From a virus (taxonomy: Duplodnaviria; Caudoviricetes), in the IMG/VR virus record IMGVR_UViG_3300006802_000112, positions 1 to 56,419 of that record: a stretch of 56,419 bases of DNA; one strand, written 5' to 3'. Under the pieces are notes generated by a model, which saw only the letters and a list, made by a program, of their open reading frames with translations, did no database searches and was not told where the DNA came from. How positions within the stretch are numbered: position 1 is the stretch's first letter; each line of letters opens with the position of its first letter. The position numbers and the translations under genes were made by a program. Positions 54,577 through 56,419 of the stretch are shown here, piece after piece.

Positions 54577-56419
54577 CTATATATTTATTAATATTTCACT
54601 AGCTCCAACCCAAGCTTCTTTATTTCTTTGTGTTCCTAACATTTTTTTAGATATTACTCCATCTGAAGCTAATGGTTTTACATTCATACTTCCAGAGTCA
54701 GATTGTAAGAAATGAACTTCTTTACCTCCTGTTTCCTCTTGTATTTTAAATGCTTCTTCTAAAATGTCTTTTAAACTACCAGTTACCTTTTTAACAATTT
54801 TTCCATCATCTGATATTATAGTAACTGTAGCTCCCAAATAAGGACCAAATTGATTTAATTTATCTATTTCAAGCCATTTATCACCATAGTTTCCTTTACC
54901 TCCTGACACTCTTAAGTTATGAGTTTTATCCCCTGATTTTTCAGTTGTTAGTAATATACCTTGATTTCTAAAGTTTGTATCTCTAGAATCTAGTTTAACT
55001 TTTTTCTTATCTTTACTTATTTCAAAATCACTTAACTTAGCCCAACTTTGTCGATATACATTTTTATCTTCAAAATCTCTCTCAGTTAAATCTTCTATTT
55101 TTACAACTTTTGCAATATATTCACCAGGAGTATCTGTTGGTATCCTTACTGTAGCAAATTTTCTTTCTGTATCTTTTTGTTCTAACACTTCTCGTTTTAA
55201 TTGATTTAATTCATTTTGTGCGTATGAATGTTGATACCCATCTGTAAAATCTTGGTCATATAAATACTCACTTATAAATATAGAGTTTGTAGCATCTGTT
55301 CTATTTTCTTTTTTTCCTTGTCTTGGTTGATAAGTAACCCTTATACCATCTGACATATCTATATAAGTTTTACTATAAATTTGTCCATAATCATCTTTAT
55401 AGGTCTTATCTCCTAAGGTAATTTTTCCTTTTAGTCTATTGCTTGATAAACCTTCAAGGTAAGGGTCTACTTTCTGTGATTCTTCGTCTATTATGAATCT
55501 TTTTGTAGATGTTTCTTTTTGAATTTCTTGTGTTTTTTGTTTGGGTAAATATTTTGAAATAAGATTTTCCGTTTCTTTTTCGATAAAGGGTTTTTGAATA
55601 TTTTTAATTGGAAACTTATCAAAGGTATTGTATGGCTTATCCATTAAGCTAGGTGGTTTTAAGTTATCTTCTATTATAGAGTCACCTTCTATTATATCTA
55701 TATTTAAGTTTACTTCACTTTGATCAATTTCTTCTTCTTCCACTAGGTTCTTACCCTCTGATCTATCTTTAGTGTCTTTTACTTGTTTAAAGTAATCGTC
55801 TAGCTCTGAAGGATTATCTAAGGGTGCTTCCTCTAAATATGTCTCAATTTTTGTAAATGTTCCTTCATCACCAAAAAGTTCTTCTATTGATTCATTTATA
55901 TTATCTAAAATAGAGGGTTCAATTTTATTACGTCCTGAATTTTCCCAACTTTCGTTTATCTCTACAAGTTTAATTAAGTCTTCTTGAGTAATTAATGGTT
56001 CTTTAAGAGGTCTACCAAGTGGGTCTAATTGTTGTTCTTTATCGGTTTCTATTTCTGGTGTGTATCCTTCCGCTTGTGAAATAAGTTCTATTAGTTTAGT
56101 GTCGAAACTTTTTTCTTCAGTGTCTTTAACTTTTTCTTTTTCGCCTTCATTAAATTCTCTAGTTGCTTCAATTAAATCTTCAGGAGAAATTGGGTATTCT
56201 TTTTTAGTGTCCTTAGTTATTTTTTCTTTATTTTTATTAAATTCTCTAGTTGCTTCAATTAAATCTTCAGGAGAAATTGGGTATTCTTTTTTAGTGTCAA
56301 TTTTAGAATAATCTGATTCTTCAAATACATCTTGCCAAGTTTTTAATTCTGGTATAGTTGTAGGTTTTTCTGATTTTCTTTTATCTTCAATTTTAGAATA
56401 ATCTGATTCTTCAAATACA
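54577..56419 (-). CDS. Large acidic protein, 5' truncated by window
   Basis: Frame of ORF 54577-55743 stays open upstream through the terminal repeats, so GTG 55743 is probably not the true start. Confidence 0.7.
   Translation of the reverse strand, partial: VFEESDYSKIEDKRKSEKPTTIPELKTWQDVFEESDYSKIDTKKEYPISPEDLIEATREFNKNKEKITKDTKKEYPISPEDLIEATREFNEGEKEKVKDTEEKSFDTKLIELISQAEGYTPEIETDKEQQLDPLGRPLKEPLITQEDLIKLVEINESWENSGRNKIEPSILDNINESIEELFGDEGTFTKIETYLEEAPLDNPSELDDYFKQVKDTKDRSEGKNLVEEEEIDQSEVNLNIDIIEGDSIIEDNLKPPSLMDKPYNTFDKFPIKNIQKPFIEKETENLISKYLPKQKTQEIQKETSTKRFIIDEESQKVDPYLEGLSSNRLKGKITLGDKTYKDDYGQIYSKTYIDMSDGIRVTYQPRQGKKENRTDATNSIFISEYLYDQDFTDGYQHSYAQNELNQLKREVLEQKDTERKFATVRIPTDTPGEYIAKVVKIEDLTERDFEDKNVYRQSWAKLSDFEISKDKKKVKLDSRDTNFRNQGILLTTEKSGDKTHNLRVSGGKGNYGDKWLEIDKLNQFGPYLGATVTIISDDGKIVKKVTGSLKDILEEAFKIQEETGGKEVHFLQSDSGSMNVKPLASDGVISKKMLGTQRNKEAWVGASEILINI
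56149..56419 (-). repeat. Coding tandem repeats (87- and 90-bp periods)
   Basis: 63-bp copies at 56149-56211 and 56236-56298 (DTKKEYPISPEDLIEATREFN); 33-bp copies at 56297 and 56387 (VFEESDYSKI). Confidence 0.9.

Noticed and set aside
46008-54577. Readthrough fusing the linker ORFs into one polyprotein
   Set aside because: Gaps of 1-2 nt or ~60 nt put successive ORFs out of frame; this looks like translational coupling
54660-54720. HFLQSDSGS as a phosphodiester-glycosidase DGGGS-like motif
   Set aside because: Similarity too weak to support by eye
22717-56311. + strand ORFs within the - arm, and - strand ORFs within the + arm (e.g. 6308-6577, 10723-11127)
   Set aside because: Antisense shadows of long genes with Ser/Phe/Leu-rich composition and no motifs
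19287-56419. TAG/TGA stop-codon reassignment as in some crAss-like phages
   Set aside because: Multi-kb ORFs are intact under the standard code and TAG stops fall at sensible gene ends next to the following start
48251-56419. CRISPR array or DGR template/variable repeat
   Set aside because: Repeats are in-frame coding duplications without unique spacers; no adenine-specific mismatch pattern and no reverse transcriptase seen

Overview
Strongly AT-rich fragment of a large, apparently lytic dsDNA phage of a Bacteroidota (probably Flavobacteriia) host, resembling crAss-like podophages and their relatives. The host call rests on TTG-N19/20-TAnnTTTG promoters and a host-type lipoprotein. There are two convergent arms. 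The + arm (1-19285) carries a C5 DNA methyltransferase, DenV, a dense run of tiny ORFs, a thioesterase, a MazG-like NTP-PPase, nucleases, PhoH, nrdB/nrdA, a frameshift-split DnaB, family A polymerase, prim-pol and an SF2 helicase. The - arm (19287-end) carries a lipoprotein, a beta-helix spike and a ~34 kb block of giant, nearly Cys-free, probably virion-ejected proteins. Two signals stand out. (1) Four consecutive ORFs (43318-54575) are strings of unrelated modules (LysM+lysozyme-like, DUF3597-like, GNAT-like, ART-like, beta-barrel-like, small basic) separated by about 20 copies of a [FYWMLHK]-[QKENR]-x-G-G linker, often in 9-residue tandems, with one 33-bp linker DNA identical between two genes. 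This suggests a shuffled cargo/effector polyprotein system. (2) The three largest proteins (5520 aa in total) contain only four cysteines, all at termini, arranged so they could be joined C-terminus to N-terminus as a chain. An unannotated 39-aa ArfA-like peptide lies at 22268-22387. All family assignments are from motif recognition by eye; no searches were run.
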